This document shows positions 10,749 through 19,183 of a stretch of DNA of 64,000 bases, one piece after another. This stretch comes from an uncultured Anaerolineales bacterium (lineage in GTDB: Bacteria; Chloroflexota; Anaerolineae; Anaerolineales; UBA11858): positions 2,237-66,236 of the forward strand of contig CAYORF010000004.1 in NCBI GenBank assembly GCA_964406305.1, read 5' to 3'. The notes under the pieces were generated by a model. The model worked only from the letters and a program-made list of their open reading frames with translations, was not told where the DNA came from and did no database searches. The first letter of the stretch is position 1. Each line of letters begins with the position of its first letter. The translations under genes were made by a program, and so were the position numbers.

Positions 10749-11636
10749 TCATTCTCCTTGCCCAATTGTTGTACAGTGTCTGGCCCAACCTTCTTTCATT
10801 TTCTCCCGGATATATACGCCGGCATTTTTAACGATCTCTAAAGCATCAGGAAATTCTTCGGTCCAGAGCTCCAATACTACAGGTGCCTGGAATCCAATCT
10901 GGGCTAATTTTTCAAAAGCCTCCACAAAGGGAACTTTTCCTTCGCCTGGAGAAACATAACGCAGCTGCCCAGGCAGGGTGTCTTTAACATGTAGAGCTGC
11001 GATATGGCCTTTGACATAATCCAGCTGGGAGACAACATCCACTCCGGCATAGATCAGATTGCCAAGGTCGGTATAGGTCTGGAACCAGGGGGAATCAAAA
11101 TAATCAACATATTGCATCACCTGGGGCATGGTGTTAATTTGAATATCCCAGTTTTCCAGGGCTAACATCACCCCAGCTCCACTGGCCCATTCAAAACCTT
11201 TGCCCAGGTTCTCCAGGAATCTGTCCTTGGTGAATTGGTCCACTTCTTCGTAATAATCTTCTGCGCCGCCCAGCAGGATTGTTCTAGCGTTGAGATCCAC
11301 AGCCAGGTCAACCGTTCTTTTAAAGAGGTCAAGTGCCCTCTCTCTAGTTGGGGCTGATTTGCTTCCGAGGGGGAAGCGCCTGTGTCCGCTCAGACTTAAG
11401 GATTGAATCTTCACTCCTGTTTTATCAACAAGGTCTCTGATATTCTTTCTCTCTGCGGGGGTCCAATCCAGGCGGGCCTGGCGTTCGTCTGTATCGTCAA
11501 TGGATACTTCCAGGAAATCAAACCCTGTCTTCCTGGTCAAATTTAATCTCTCTTCCCAGGCAAGATTCTTAGGCAGAGCCTTTTCATACAGGCCTACCTT
11601 GATCGCATCAAGATTACTGGTCCAGGTTGTTCTCAT
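10749..11636 (-). CDS. ulaE: L-ribulose-5-phosphate 3-epimerase family (UlaE/SgbU-like)
   Basis: GLYEKALP, FLEVSIDDTDERQARLDW, LSGHRRFPLGS, LALEN, DLGNL, LHVKDT, VSPGEGKVPF. Confidence 0.85.
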   Translation of the reverse strand: MRTTWTSNLDAIKVGLYEKALPKNLAWEERLNLTRKTGFDFLEVSIDDTDERQARLDWTPAERKNIRDLVDKTGVKIQSLSLSGHRRFPLGSKSAPTRERALDLFKRTVDLAVDLNARTILLGGAEDYYEEVDQFTKDRFLENLGKGFEWASGAGVMLALENWDIQINTMPQVMQYVDYFDSPWFQTYTDLGNLIYAGVDVVSQLDYVKGHIAALHVKDTLPGQLRYVSPGEGKVPFVEAFEKLAQIGFQAPVVLELWTEEFPDALEIVKNAGVYIREKMKEGWARHCTTIGQGE

Positions 11637-11646
11637 ATCACACCCT

Positions 11647-11681
11647 AATCACATATGTGATTTGTTTTCTCACATATGTGA
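11647..11681. promoter_or_regulatory. Tandem palindromic operator, copy 1
   Basis: TCACATATGTGA at 11649-11660 (within the perfect 16-bp palindrome AATCACATATGTGATT) and again at 11670-11681; starts are 21 bp apart. Confidence 0.85.
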
Positions 11682-11683
11682 TT

Positions 11684-11712
11684 ATTATAAGAGGAGAGAA
11701 TCCTTTTGTCAA
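11684..11712 (-). promoter_or_regulatory. Sigma70 promoter of the ulaE-like operon
   Basis: TTGACA (11712-11707), 17-bp spacer, TATAAT (11689-11684) on the minus strand; perfect consensus. Confidence 0.85.
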
Positions 11713-11779
11713 GCGGTAGCGGTAGGGGGTCAGGGTTTATTCTGTCTTATATCTGGGGTGAATCGTTCCTTAAAATAAG

Positions 11780-11811
11780 AATCCCGGGGAGTATGCTCTC
11801 CAGCCGGGATT
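11780..11811 (-). terminator. Putative intrinsic terminator after the hypothetical gene
   Basis: AATCCCGG...CCGGGATT hairpin followed by CTTATTTT on the minus strand. Confidence 0.55.
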
Positions 11812-11844
11812 GATTCGGTAAATATTAAAGGTTTTGGGCAGGTT

Positions 11845-12342
11845 CTATTCCTTCTTTTTTTTATCCTTTGCGGCCTGCTTTTCCTTGCGTTGATCCATTT
11901 CGCGCTGGAGCATTTCTCGGTTGCTGGGCATCATGCGCTGGATCTTGGCGCCCTGTAGGGCTTTAAGCGCTTTATCTGCCAGATCTTTTTCATTAAATAA
12001 TAGCTGTAAATTTTCAATTGTCTTTCTTTTAGGGCTCAGTGCCCCAATCCTGGCAATGTAAGGGAAAGGCGAAACTTCAATGGCCTTGTCCCAGGGAATG
12101 CCAATGATCTTTCGGATCTTCTTGTTGGATTTCTTTCTGTTCAGGTCATCGGACAGATGGGCTGATTTAGCCATTTCAACAATAAGGAATCTATAAATGC
12201 GAAGGAGATTATTCCAACAAAGGAACATGAACAACCCATACACCAGAATAATCGAATTGATGATCAGTTCATTTGCTTGATAAAAATATAAAATCGCTCG
12301 TCCAGCATCCCCCATTAGTGCTTCTAAAAATGGTCCTACCAT
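11845..12342 (-). CDS. Hypothetical membrane-anchored protein, Lys-rich C-terminus (165 aa)
   Basis: AGGAGGAG RBS before the ATG at 12342; one hydrophobic segment (LIINSIILVYGLFMFLCW). No family recognised. Confidence 0.7.
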   Translation of the reverse strand: MVGPFLEALMGDAGRAILYFYQANELIINSIILVYGLFMFLCWNNLLRIYRFLIVEMAKSAHLSDDLNRKKSNKKIRKIIGIPWDKAIEVSPFPYIARIGALSPKRKTIENLQLLFNEKDLADKALKALQGAKIQRMMPSNREMLQREMDQRKEKQAAKDKKKKE

Positions 12343-12361
12343 GCGAAATCTCCTCCTGATA

Positions 12362-12406
12362 TAAAAAAAGAAAGGGGTGTGCAATATCTATAATATTACA
12401 CACCCC
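12362..12406 (-). terminator. Intrinsic terminator after PTS IIC
   Basis: GGGGTGTGTAATAT/ATATTGCACACCCC stem followed by TTTCTTTTTTT on the minus strand. Confidence 0.8.
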
Positions 12407-12435
12407 GATTCTGTCAATCAAGTGTTACTAAAAGA

Positions 12436-13830
12436 TTACTCGCCTTTTGCGCCAGCAAGTTTGTCCCAGGCAGTTTCGTTCTTCTTGTATAAGTAGAAAA
12501 GCACGCCGGTGAGGACGGCAAATAGACCAATGCCGATCCAGCCAGTGTATTTACCAAGGAGCATGAAAACCAGCGGTGACCACACAAATCCGTCTGCAAT
12601 GCTGGAGATCATAACAGCATTACCGGGGATTGCAAATCCAGCGCCACCAGCAACCTCGGTGATAACCGGGGCCAATGCGTTGGCGAAGTAGAAACCGAAG
12701 ATCAAAAGGATGGTTCCCACAAAGACCATGCGGACAACGTTGCCCTTGGCCATAGGAGCGATCTGGGAGCACAGGAAAGGCAGTACAGCTAGGTCAGCAA
12801 AGAGCAGCATGCGGTTGCCAGGCAAGATGATGGACAGCAGAATGGCGATGGGGACCAACAGCAAGCCGGTGGAAATCGCGGAAGGATGTCCAACCAGAAC
12901 TGCGGAGTCCAGACCAATGTAAACTTCGCGGCCGGAAGCTCGTTTGGCCATGAAGGTGCGGGCGGCTTCGGAGACCGGGATCAAACCTTCCATAAGGATG
13001 CGGACCATGCGGGGCAGCAAAACCATCACTGCGGCCAGGTTTACACCCAGAAGAATTATTTTTCCAAGGGTCGGCACAAAGGCACCGGCAAATTCACCAG
13101 TGTAAGCGATCAGACCAAGCACCACACCGATAACCAGACCCATAACCATCGGATCACCAAAGGTGGAGCCGAGAGCTTTTTCGATTCCATCGGGGTCCGC
13201 GTCAACTTTGTTAAGGCCGGGGATCTTGTCGAACAGCCAGTTGAAAGGAAGCGCCAGGGGAACCATAGGAGCAGTCATACCATGAGGAATGGAGATGCCA
13301 GGCAGGTCATAGAATTCCTGAATACCTTTGGCAGTCCAGTCGCCCAGGAAGAGCATAAAAGCGGCTGCAACAGCAGCTGCGGCCATACCCATAATCACGT
13401 TTCCGGAAACGGCAGCTACCAGGGAACCGATCAGGGCATAGTGCCAGAAGTTCCACAGGTCAACATTGAGGGTCTTGGTGACGCCCGTGAATAACAGGGC
13501 GAAGTTTACAACCAAACCGATGGGAATGACCCACAGGCCGACGTCGGTAGCAAAGGCTACCGCGGCAGCGGCAGGCCAACCCACGTCAACGATGTCGCGG
13601 GAAATACCAGCATTGGTGACCATAGCTTGGGATACCTCAGCGAGGGCGCCCCACATCAGGCCAATAACGAGGTTAATACCGATGAAAGCCACACCGATGG
13701 TCACTGCAGCGCGGAAGGCCCGTCCAACTTTTGCGCCAAGGATCACGGCGAAAAGGAAGATGAACACTGGCAGCAATACCGTGGAGCCCAGGGTATCAAC
13801 AACAGATTTTAATACGGTTGCGAAATCCAT
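12436..13830 (-). CDS. gatC: PTS IIC component, galactitol (GatC) family
   Basis: Polytopic membrane protein with DVGWP, LNVDLWNFWH, LLPRMV..LMEGLIPVSE, IGLDSAVLVG, PGNRMLLFADLA. Substrate not established. Confidence 0.9.
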   Translation of the reverse strand: MDFATVLKSVVDTLGSTVLLPVFIFLFAVILGAKVGRAFRAAVTIGVAFIGINLVIGLMWGALAEVSQAMVTNAGISRDIVDVGWPAAAAVAFATDVGLWVIPIGLVVNFALLFTGVTKTLNVDLWNFWHYALIGSLVAAVSGNVIMGMAAAAVAAAFMLFLGDWTAKGIQEFYDLPGISIPHGMTAPMVPLALPFNWLFDKIPGLNKVDADPDGIEKALGSTFGDPMVMGLVIGVVLGLIAYTGEFAGAFVPTLGKIILLGVNLAAVMVLLPRMVRILMEGLIPVSEAARTFMAKRASGREVYIGLDSAVLVGHPSAISTGLLLVPIAILLSIILPGNRMLLFADLAVLPFLCSQIAPMAKGNVVRMVFVGTILLIFGFYFANALAPVITEVAGGAGFAIPGNAVMISSIADGFVWSPLVFMLLGKYTGWIGIGLFAVLTGVLFYLYKKNETAWDKLAGAKGE

Positions 13831-14152
13831 AACTTTTCCTCCATATAATACTTGGGTTTCCTACTTAATAAGGAACTATTGCTCGATCCTGCAACTGGTA
13901 TGAGAGCTATCACCTCCTCAGTCTTGATGAGAACATCCTGTTTTATTTTATAAATTTTGTTACTTGGCAAGAATCCTGCCTCTGAATTTTGCAGCCAGCG
14001 GCTGGATCTCTTGCTATTGTCCAGGAAAATCTCAGACTATTTGGATATTAGGTCCTATCACACAAATTCTTCCAGAGAAAGATGTCTCTCGCTGGAATCT
14101 GTCAGGGCATTATTGTAGTGCCAGTAAAAACACCAAAAGAAGAATTTAGTTA

Positions 14153-14437
14153 CTAATCTTTCAAGATATCAAGGATCTCTTTCACAACATCATCAATACC
14201 TAATCCCGTTAAAAAGGCCAACCCTTTCACTACAGGGATACCGGGGTCAAAACGCATGGTCGAGGTAGTGACAATCAAATCAGCTCCTTGTTTAAGGAGC
14301 TCGGGGATCTCCTGGCCTTTGCACTGCTTGGTAATCACAGCAACTCCTGCCGCTTTACAAGCCTCTTCAATTGCCTTGGCTGCCACTGTAGAGGTAGCTA
14401 TCCCGGTTCCACATGAAACGATTACTGTTTTTGCCAT
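14153..14437 (-). CDS. PTS IIB component, Gat/Lac family
   Basis: VSCGTGIATST phospho-Cys loop; GLAFLTG. Confidence 0.9.
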   Translation of the reverse strand: MAKTVIVSCGTGIATSTVAAKAIEEACKAAGVAVITKQCKGQEIPELLKQGADLIVTTSTMRFDPGIPVVKGLAFLTGLGIDDVVKEILDILKD

Positions 14438-14463
14438 TCTTTCATCCCTTTTCTAATAAACTT

Positions 14464-14925
14464 TTACGACAGAGCAGAAAATACTTCTTCTGTTGTTTTT
14501 GCATTGACCAACTTCCTGATAGTGTCAGGATTTTGGAGAACAGCCGCCACGCTTTGCAGCATCTCAATTTGTGATTTTGGTGTATCTAAAGCCAACATAA
14601 TCACTAGTCTGCAGGGTACTACTTCATCGCTATCAACCATATTATAAAACACAACATCTTCTTTAAATGTTGCTAAGCCCAGAGCTGATTGATTTACATA
14701 TTCAATATCCACGTGTGGTATAGCCGCATTATACTCTCCCCCCAACGGTAAACCGGTCGGCATATTAGCCTCTCGCTCAAGGGCTGCCTCAATAAAATTG
14801 TCTTTCACATAACCCAGGTCACGTAGTTTTCCCCCCAGGGCGCGAATCACTTCTTCCGAGCTAGTAGTCTCTAATCCTAGCAACACAGCTCTTTCATTCA
14901 AAAATTCTTTTATGTTCATTTTCAA
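14464..14925 (-). CDS. PTS IIA component (PTS_EIIA_2, GatA-like)
   Basis: REANMPTGL, AIPHVD (phospho-His), VVFYNM. Confidence 0.9.
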   Translation of the reverse strand: MKMNIKEFLNERAVLLGLETTSSEEVIRALGGKLRDLGYVKDNFIEAALEREANMPTGLPLGGEYNAAIPHVDIEYVNQSALGLATFKEDVVFYNMVDSDEVVPCRLVIMLALDTPKSQIEMLQSVAAVLQNPDTIRKLVNAKTTEEVFSALS

Positions 14926-14959
14926 CCCAATAAGTCCCTAGATCAATACAACTTACCTA

Positions 14960-14992
14960 TTACATATGTGAGCCCGTTGTTCACATATGTGA
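14960..14992. promoter_or_regulatory. Tandem palindromic operator, copy 2
   Basis: TTACATATGTGA at 14960-14971 and TCACATATGTGA at 14981-14992; same 21-bp spacing as copy 1. Confidence 0.85.
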
Positions 14993-14993
14993 T

Positions 14994-15022
14994 ATAATAA
15001 TAGTCAGCAATTCTTTTATCAA
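14994..15022 (-). promoter_or_regulatory. Sigma70 promoter of the PTS IIA-IIB-IIC operon
   Basis: TTGATA (15022-15017), 17-bp spacer, TATTAT (14999-14994) on the minus strand. An extended -10 (TGATATAAT, 14990-14998) on the plus strand may drive the regulator. Confidence 0.65.
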
Positions 15023-15075
15023 TGGACGAATATAACTAAAATTATTTGATTAGCTTGATAGATAGGTGACCATTT

Positions 15076-16044
15076 ATGGCCAATAATACCGAGCGGGATG
15101 AGATTCTGGCTTTTGTGGCAGAAAAATATTATCTTGAAGACCACAAACAAACCGATATTGCGGAAATGATCGGACTCACCCGCTCTGCAATCTCCCGCAT
15201 GTTAACAGAAGCACGCGAAAAAGGGATAGTCGAGATCGTTGTCCACTATCCATTCCAGTACAACCAGGAGTTGGAGAATAAACTAAATAGAAATTTCGGA
15301 CTTAAGCATGTTGCGGTTGTTGAGTTCAGCAGACAACCGAACTATGACGATCTCAGAAAGCAGCTTGGAATTGCAGCCTCCAAGTTATTGTCCAATATCA
15401 TTGAACCCGGATACCAAATAGGTATCGCCTGGGGAACCACGGTCCAGGCCACAATCGAAGCTTTTGAATCCAGTCCTATTCCAGACACGAAAGTTGTCCA
15501 GTTGGTTGGTGTTTTAGGCTCAACCCGTCACGCTTACAGCGCTCAAACCCTGGTAGAAAGACTGGCCCACAAGATCAGCGCTGAAGGTAAGTACCTTTAC
15601 TCTCCATTTATTGTTGAAAGTGAAGAAACAGCTTCCTCTCTATTAAAAGACCCGTCTGTGATGCAGGCCATCTCCAATGCTAAAGAATGTGATATCGCAT
15701 TGATGGGTATTGGTACAACCAAACCAAAATACTGCAGTCTTTATAAAGGAGATCACATCAGCCTCGCTGAGTTGGAAAAGATCCAATCAGCCAACGCGGT
15801 AGGTGATGTGTGCGCCCTCTATTTTGAGCTTAATGGGGCCTTGGCCCAGGTAGATTTTCATCAGCGGAGAATTGGCACATCGGTTGAAGCTTTGCGTGCG
15901 ATTGATATCCGCCTTGGCGTAGCCGGAGATATTAATAAGTCCGAGGCTATCTTGGGAGCGATCCGGGGCGGGTTTATCAATTCGTTGGTCACGGACAACC
16001 TAACAGCTCTCCGGATCCTGGAACTGGATCAGGACCAACAATAA
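15076..16044 (+). CDS. SorC/DeoR-family sugar-binding transcriptional regulator
   Basis: N-terminal HTH (YYLEDHKQTDIAEMIGLTRSAISRMLTEAREKGIVEI) plus sugar-binding domain (IGIAWGTT, LMGIG, AVGDVC, LVTD). Confidence 0.92.
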   Translation: MANNTERDEILAFVAEKYYLEDHKQTDIAEMIGLTRSAISRMLTEAREKGIVEIVVHYPFQYNQELENKLNRNFGLKHVAVVEFSRQPNYDDLRKQLGIAASKLLSNIIEPGYQIGIAWGTTVQATIEAFESSPIPDTKVVQLVGVLGSTRHAYSAQTLVERLAHKISAEGKYLYSPFIVESEETASSLLKDPSVMQAISNAKECDIALMGIGTTKPKYCSLYKGDHISLAELEKIQSANAVGDVCALYFELNGALAQVDFHQRRIGTSVEALRAIDIRLGVAGDINKSEAILGAIRGGFINSLVTDNLTALRILELDQDQQ

Positions 16045-16067
16045 AACGGCAAACTGACAGGAATTCT

Positions 16068-16883
16068 ATGAAACTACAAAAATTTACGACCATCCTTCTG
16101 GATGGTGATGGCGTGCTGTGGAAATCAAATCAACCCATACCGGGGATAAAGCCTTTTTTTGATCTACTAAATGACCTTGGTGTCCGCTGGGCTCTCCTGA
16201 CTAACAACAATACCCGCACCGCTCAGGATTATATAGATAAATTGGAAAATTTTGGGATCCCGGCAAGTCCTTCCTCTGTTTTTACCAGTTCTACAGTGAC
16301 CGCTGATTATTTACTGGAGAAATACGGCAAAGATGCCGTCCTCCATGTGGTTGGAATGGATGGATTAACCCGAACCTTAAAAGATGCTGGTTTCCAATTC
16401 ACCACAGGGGAAGAGATACCCGAGAATAACGTAACAGCCGTGGTAGCAGGTATGGACCGGGAGATCAATCTCCAGAAAATCACTATTGCCATGAGGTTGA
16501 TCATGGGTGGCGCAGACTTCATAGCTACCAATACGGATGGTTCCTTCCCCACTCCGGATGGTATCAACCCTGGAACCGGGACCGTGATTGGCGCACTGCA
16601 GTTCGCCTCTGGAACAGAACCTTATGTCGTTGGGAAACCACAACCAGCCATCTTCCAAACAGCCTTGAAGGTGCTTGGATCGAAGATCGAAAATACACTT
16701 ATGGTAGGTGATCGGTTAAATACGGACATCCTTGGAGCCAACAAGGTGGGAATTCAAACCGCAGCAGTGCTAACGGGCGTGACATCCAGGGACGAAATTA
16801 ACCAGAGTGAAATTAAACCTGATTTCATCTTTGAGGACATCAGCAGCCTGCACCTGGCTCTTGAAGAGGTCTATGGATCATGA
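16068..16883 (+). CDS. HAD-IIA hydrolase (NagD-like)
   Basis: LDGDGVLW, LTNN, ATNTD, VGKPQ, MVGDRLNTDI. Confidence 0.9.
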   Translation: MKLQKFTTILLDGDGVLWKSNQPIPGIKPFFDLLNDLGVRWALLTNNNTRTAQDYIDKLENFGIPASPSSVFTSSTVTADYLLEKYGKDAVLHVVGMDGLTRTLKDAGFQFTTGEEIPENNVTAVVAGMDREINLQKITIAMRLIMGGADFIATNTDGSFPTPDGINPGTGTVIGALQFASGTEPYVVGKPQPAIFQTALKVLGSKIENTLMVGDRLNTDILGANKVGIQTAAVLTGVTSRDEINQSEIKPDFIFEDISSLHLALEEVYGS

Positions 16884-17701
16884 AGCCATTAATCTTGTTG
16901 ACTAATGATGATGGGATACATTCGCCAGGATTGGCGGCAGCCGCCCAGGCGCTTGATCCTCTGGGAGAACTGCTGATAGTCGCACCTGTCGAACAGCAAA
17001 CATCCATGTCCAGAAGCAGATCCCAACAATACGGCGTGGATGGAACAATTGAAAAAACCACCGTTCATTATGGGGATCAAAGCTGGGCAGGATACGGCGT
17101 TAAAGCAACACCAGCCCTTGCGGTCGTCCACGCAGTCGGAGAAATTGCAGATCGAGAGATATCATTGGCGATATCAGGTATTAATTATGGTGAAAATGTC
17201 GGAACCTGCGTAACTGTTTCGGGAACCATTGGAGCCGCTCTCGAGGCGGCAGAAAAGGGGATTCCAGCTCTGGCAGTCTCACAAGAAATCACCGGCATTG
17301 ACTACCATACATACAGCAAAGAAGTTGATTTTTCAACAGCGATATATTTCACTCGGAATATCGCACAAGTGATGTTAAACAATGAATTGCCGCTCGATGC
17401 TGATGTTCTTAAATTAGAAATCCCTCTTGGCGCTACAACAGATACTGAAATGGTGATCACCAGGCAAGATCGCCTGGTCTACTATCAATCAACACCGATA
17501 AAACGGGAAAAGCTGTTAGGAACAAAAGCTGCTGTATCTCATCTGCCAAGCAAGGGAAAATTTTCAAGAAAAGACACCGATGCTTACGCCCTGGCAGAAG
17601 GATTAGTATCCATTACGCCGCTCAGCCTGGATCTGACATCGCGTAACTGCCTGGATAAAATTGCTGGGGTCTTTGATTCAAAATTATTAGACGAGGAATA
17701 A
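16880..17701 (+). CDS. surE: SurE-family 5'/3'-nucleotidase
   Basis: LLTNDDGIHSPG, SGINYGENVG, SGTIGAALEA, SITPL. Confidence 0.9.
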   Translation: MKPLILLTNDDGIHSPGLAAAAQALDPLGELLIVAPVEQQTSMSRSRSQQYGVDGTIEKTTVHYGDQSWAGYGVKATPALAVVHAVGEIADREISLAISGINYGENVGTCVTVSGTIGAALEAAEKGIPALAVSQEITGIDYHTYSKEVDFSTAIYFTRNIAQVMLNNELPLDADVLKLEIPLGATTDTEMVITRQDRLVYYQSTPIKREKLLGTKAAVSHLPSKGKFSRKDTDAYALAEGLVSITPLSLDLTSRNCLDKIAGVFDSKLLDEE

Positions 17702-17706
17702 AAATA

Positions 17707-18132
17707 ATGACAGGAACGATCCACAAATTTACAGGAGATTGGGAAAAGTCCTTCCAATGGGAAGGCACCAGGACTAGGCTTTATAAAAAAGAACCCGATA
17801 ATCGTGTTTCAGAAACCTGGATGATCGGCAAAAAAGAAGGTGCGGAAAACTTTGCGTTTCGGTATTATCAAATCGAGGCAGGCGGTCATTCTAACAAAGA
17901 ACAGCATCCCTATGATCATGGGATCTTGGTCCTTCAAGGTTCCGGCAAAGTGCTTTTAGGAGAAGAAATTCACAATATATCCAGGGGAGACATCATTCAC
18001 ATCCCCCCCGATGCGCTGCACCAGATTTCCAATTCCAGGCAAGAGCCACTGGGGTTCTTATGCGTTATCCCTGCCCGACGACAAAAAGAAGGTGGTATCG
18101 TTTGGGCTGAAGAAGGCATTCATTTTGACTAG
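17707..18132 (+). CDS. Cupin domain protein
   Basis: QHPYDHGILVLQGSG and IHIPPDALHQ cupin motifs. Confidence 0.85.
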   Translation: MTGTIHKFTGDWEKSFQWEGTRTRLYKKEPDNRVSETWMIGKKEGAENFAFRYYQIEAGGHSNKEQHPYDHGILVLQGSGKVLLGEEIHNISRGDIIHIPPDALHQISNSRQEPLGFLCVIPARRQKEGGIVWAEEGIHFD

Positions 18133-18162
18133 AACAGAATCATATAATTATTGGAGGTTGTT

Positions 18163-19155
18163 ATGACAGAACGTATGAAATGGGGTGTTCTGGGAACAGG
18201 CAAGATCACCTCGCGGTTTGCCCAAGCATTAAACAACATACCAGAACACGCTGAGCTCCTCGCAGTTGGATCAAGGAATCAGGAGACTGCTGACGCTTTT
18301 GGCGACAAATTCAAAATCCCCAGGCGTTATACAAGTTATGAGGATGTAGCCAAGGATCCTGATATCGATATCATATATATCGGCACGCCTGGTGTTTTCC
18401 ATCTGAGAGACGCCAGCCTGGCGCTTAATCACGGCAAACATGTACTATGTGAAAAAGCATTTACAATCAATGCCAAAGAAGCCCAGGAAATGGTTGATCT
18501 GGCCCGCGCAAAGAACTTATTTCTAATGGAAGCCATGTGGACCCGGTTCTTCCCGATCCACGTGAGAATCCGGGAATTGCTGGCAGAAAAAGTTCTTGGA
18601 AAGGTAAACGGGGTAACCATTAACTTTCTCGCAACAGCTCCCTTTGATCTAGAAAATCGCTTCTTTGACATTAACCTGGGCGCCAGTGTTTTGCTTGATA
18701 CTGCTGCTTATGGTGTATCCTGGTCCTCCAGCCTTTTCGGTGAACCAGAAGCTGTCACCGGCCTGGCGACAATTGGGGAAAGCGGCGCAGATTACCAGGT
18801 TGCCCTGGCGCTGAGATATAAAGAGGGTCAGCTGGCCAGTTTGCTATCCTCCCAAGTCTCCTATGATGACAAAGATGCCGTCCTGTTTGGCGAAAAGGGT
18901 AAAATCGTGGTCCATTCGCCTTGGTATAAACCAGTAGCCATGACCTTACACACCCAGGACAAAGAGCCTGAGTTGATCTCTATGCCTCTGGATGGCTACA
19001 ACGGCTATGAATACGAAGCCATGGAAGTGATGAATTGCATTAAGGCCGGTAAAACCGAGTCCGAGATCATGCCGCTAGATGAAACCCTCAGCATCATGAA
19101 GACCCTCGATACTTTCCGGGAACAATGGGGACATAAATTCCCCTTTGAGGATTAA
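18163..19155 (+). CDS. Gfo/Idh/MocA-family oxidoreductase
   Basis: WGVLGTGKI, GKHVLCEKAF, LMEAMWTRFFP. Start refined to the ATG at 18163 (GGAGG RBS). Confidence 0.9.
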   Translation: MTERMKWGVLGTGKITSRFAQALNNIPEHAELLAVGSRNQETADAFGDKFKIPRRYTSYEDVAKDPDIDIIYIGTPGVFHLRDASLALNHGKHVLCEKAFTINAKEAQEMVDLARAKNLFLMEAMWTRFFPIHVRIRELLAEKVLGKVNGVTINFLATAPFDLENRFFDINLGASVLLDTAAYGVSWSSSLFGEPEAVTGLATIGESGADYQVALALRYKEGQLASLLSSQVSYDDKDAVLFGEKGKIVVHSPWYKPVAMTLHTQDKEPELISMPLDGYNGYEYEAMEVMNCIKAGKTESEIMPLDETLSIMKTLDTFREQWGHKFPFED

Positions 19156-19183
19156 GTCAATCCTGAAATACAAAAGGTGAGCT

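Noticed and set aside
11656-11674. CRP/FNR site (TGTGA...TCACA) formed between operator halves
   Set aside because: The spacer is 9 bp at both loci, not the 6 bp required for CRP; the palindromic TCACATATGTGA reading explains it better.
12886-13494. 202-aa plus-strand ORF
   Set aside because: Antisense shadow of the PTS IIC gene; no RBS or motif.
13831-14152. 320-bp gap between PTS IIB and IIC with an imperfect hairpin (~14069-14097) and AGGAGGTG
   Set aside because: No convincing ORF, riboswitch or operator copy; it could be a processing or attenuation element, but I cannot support that.
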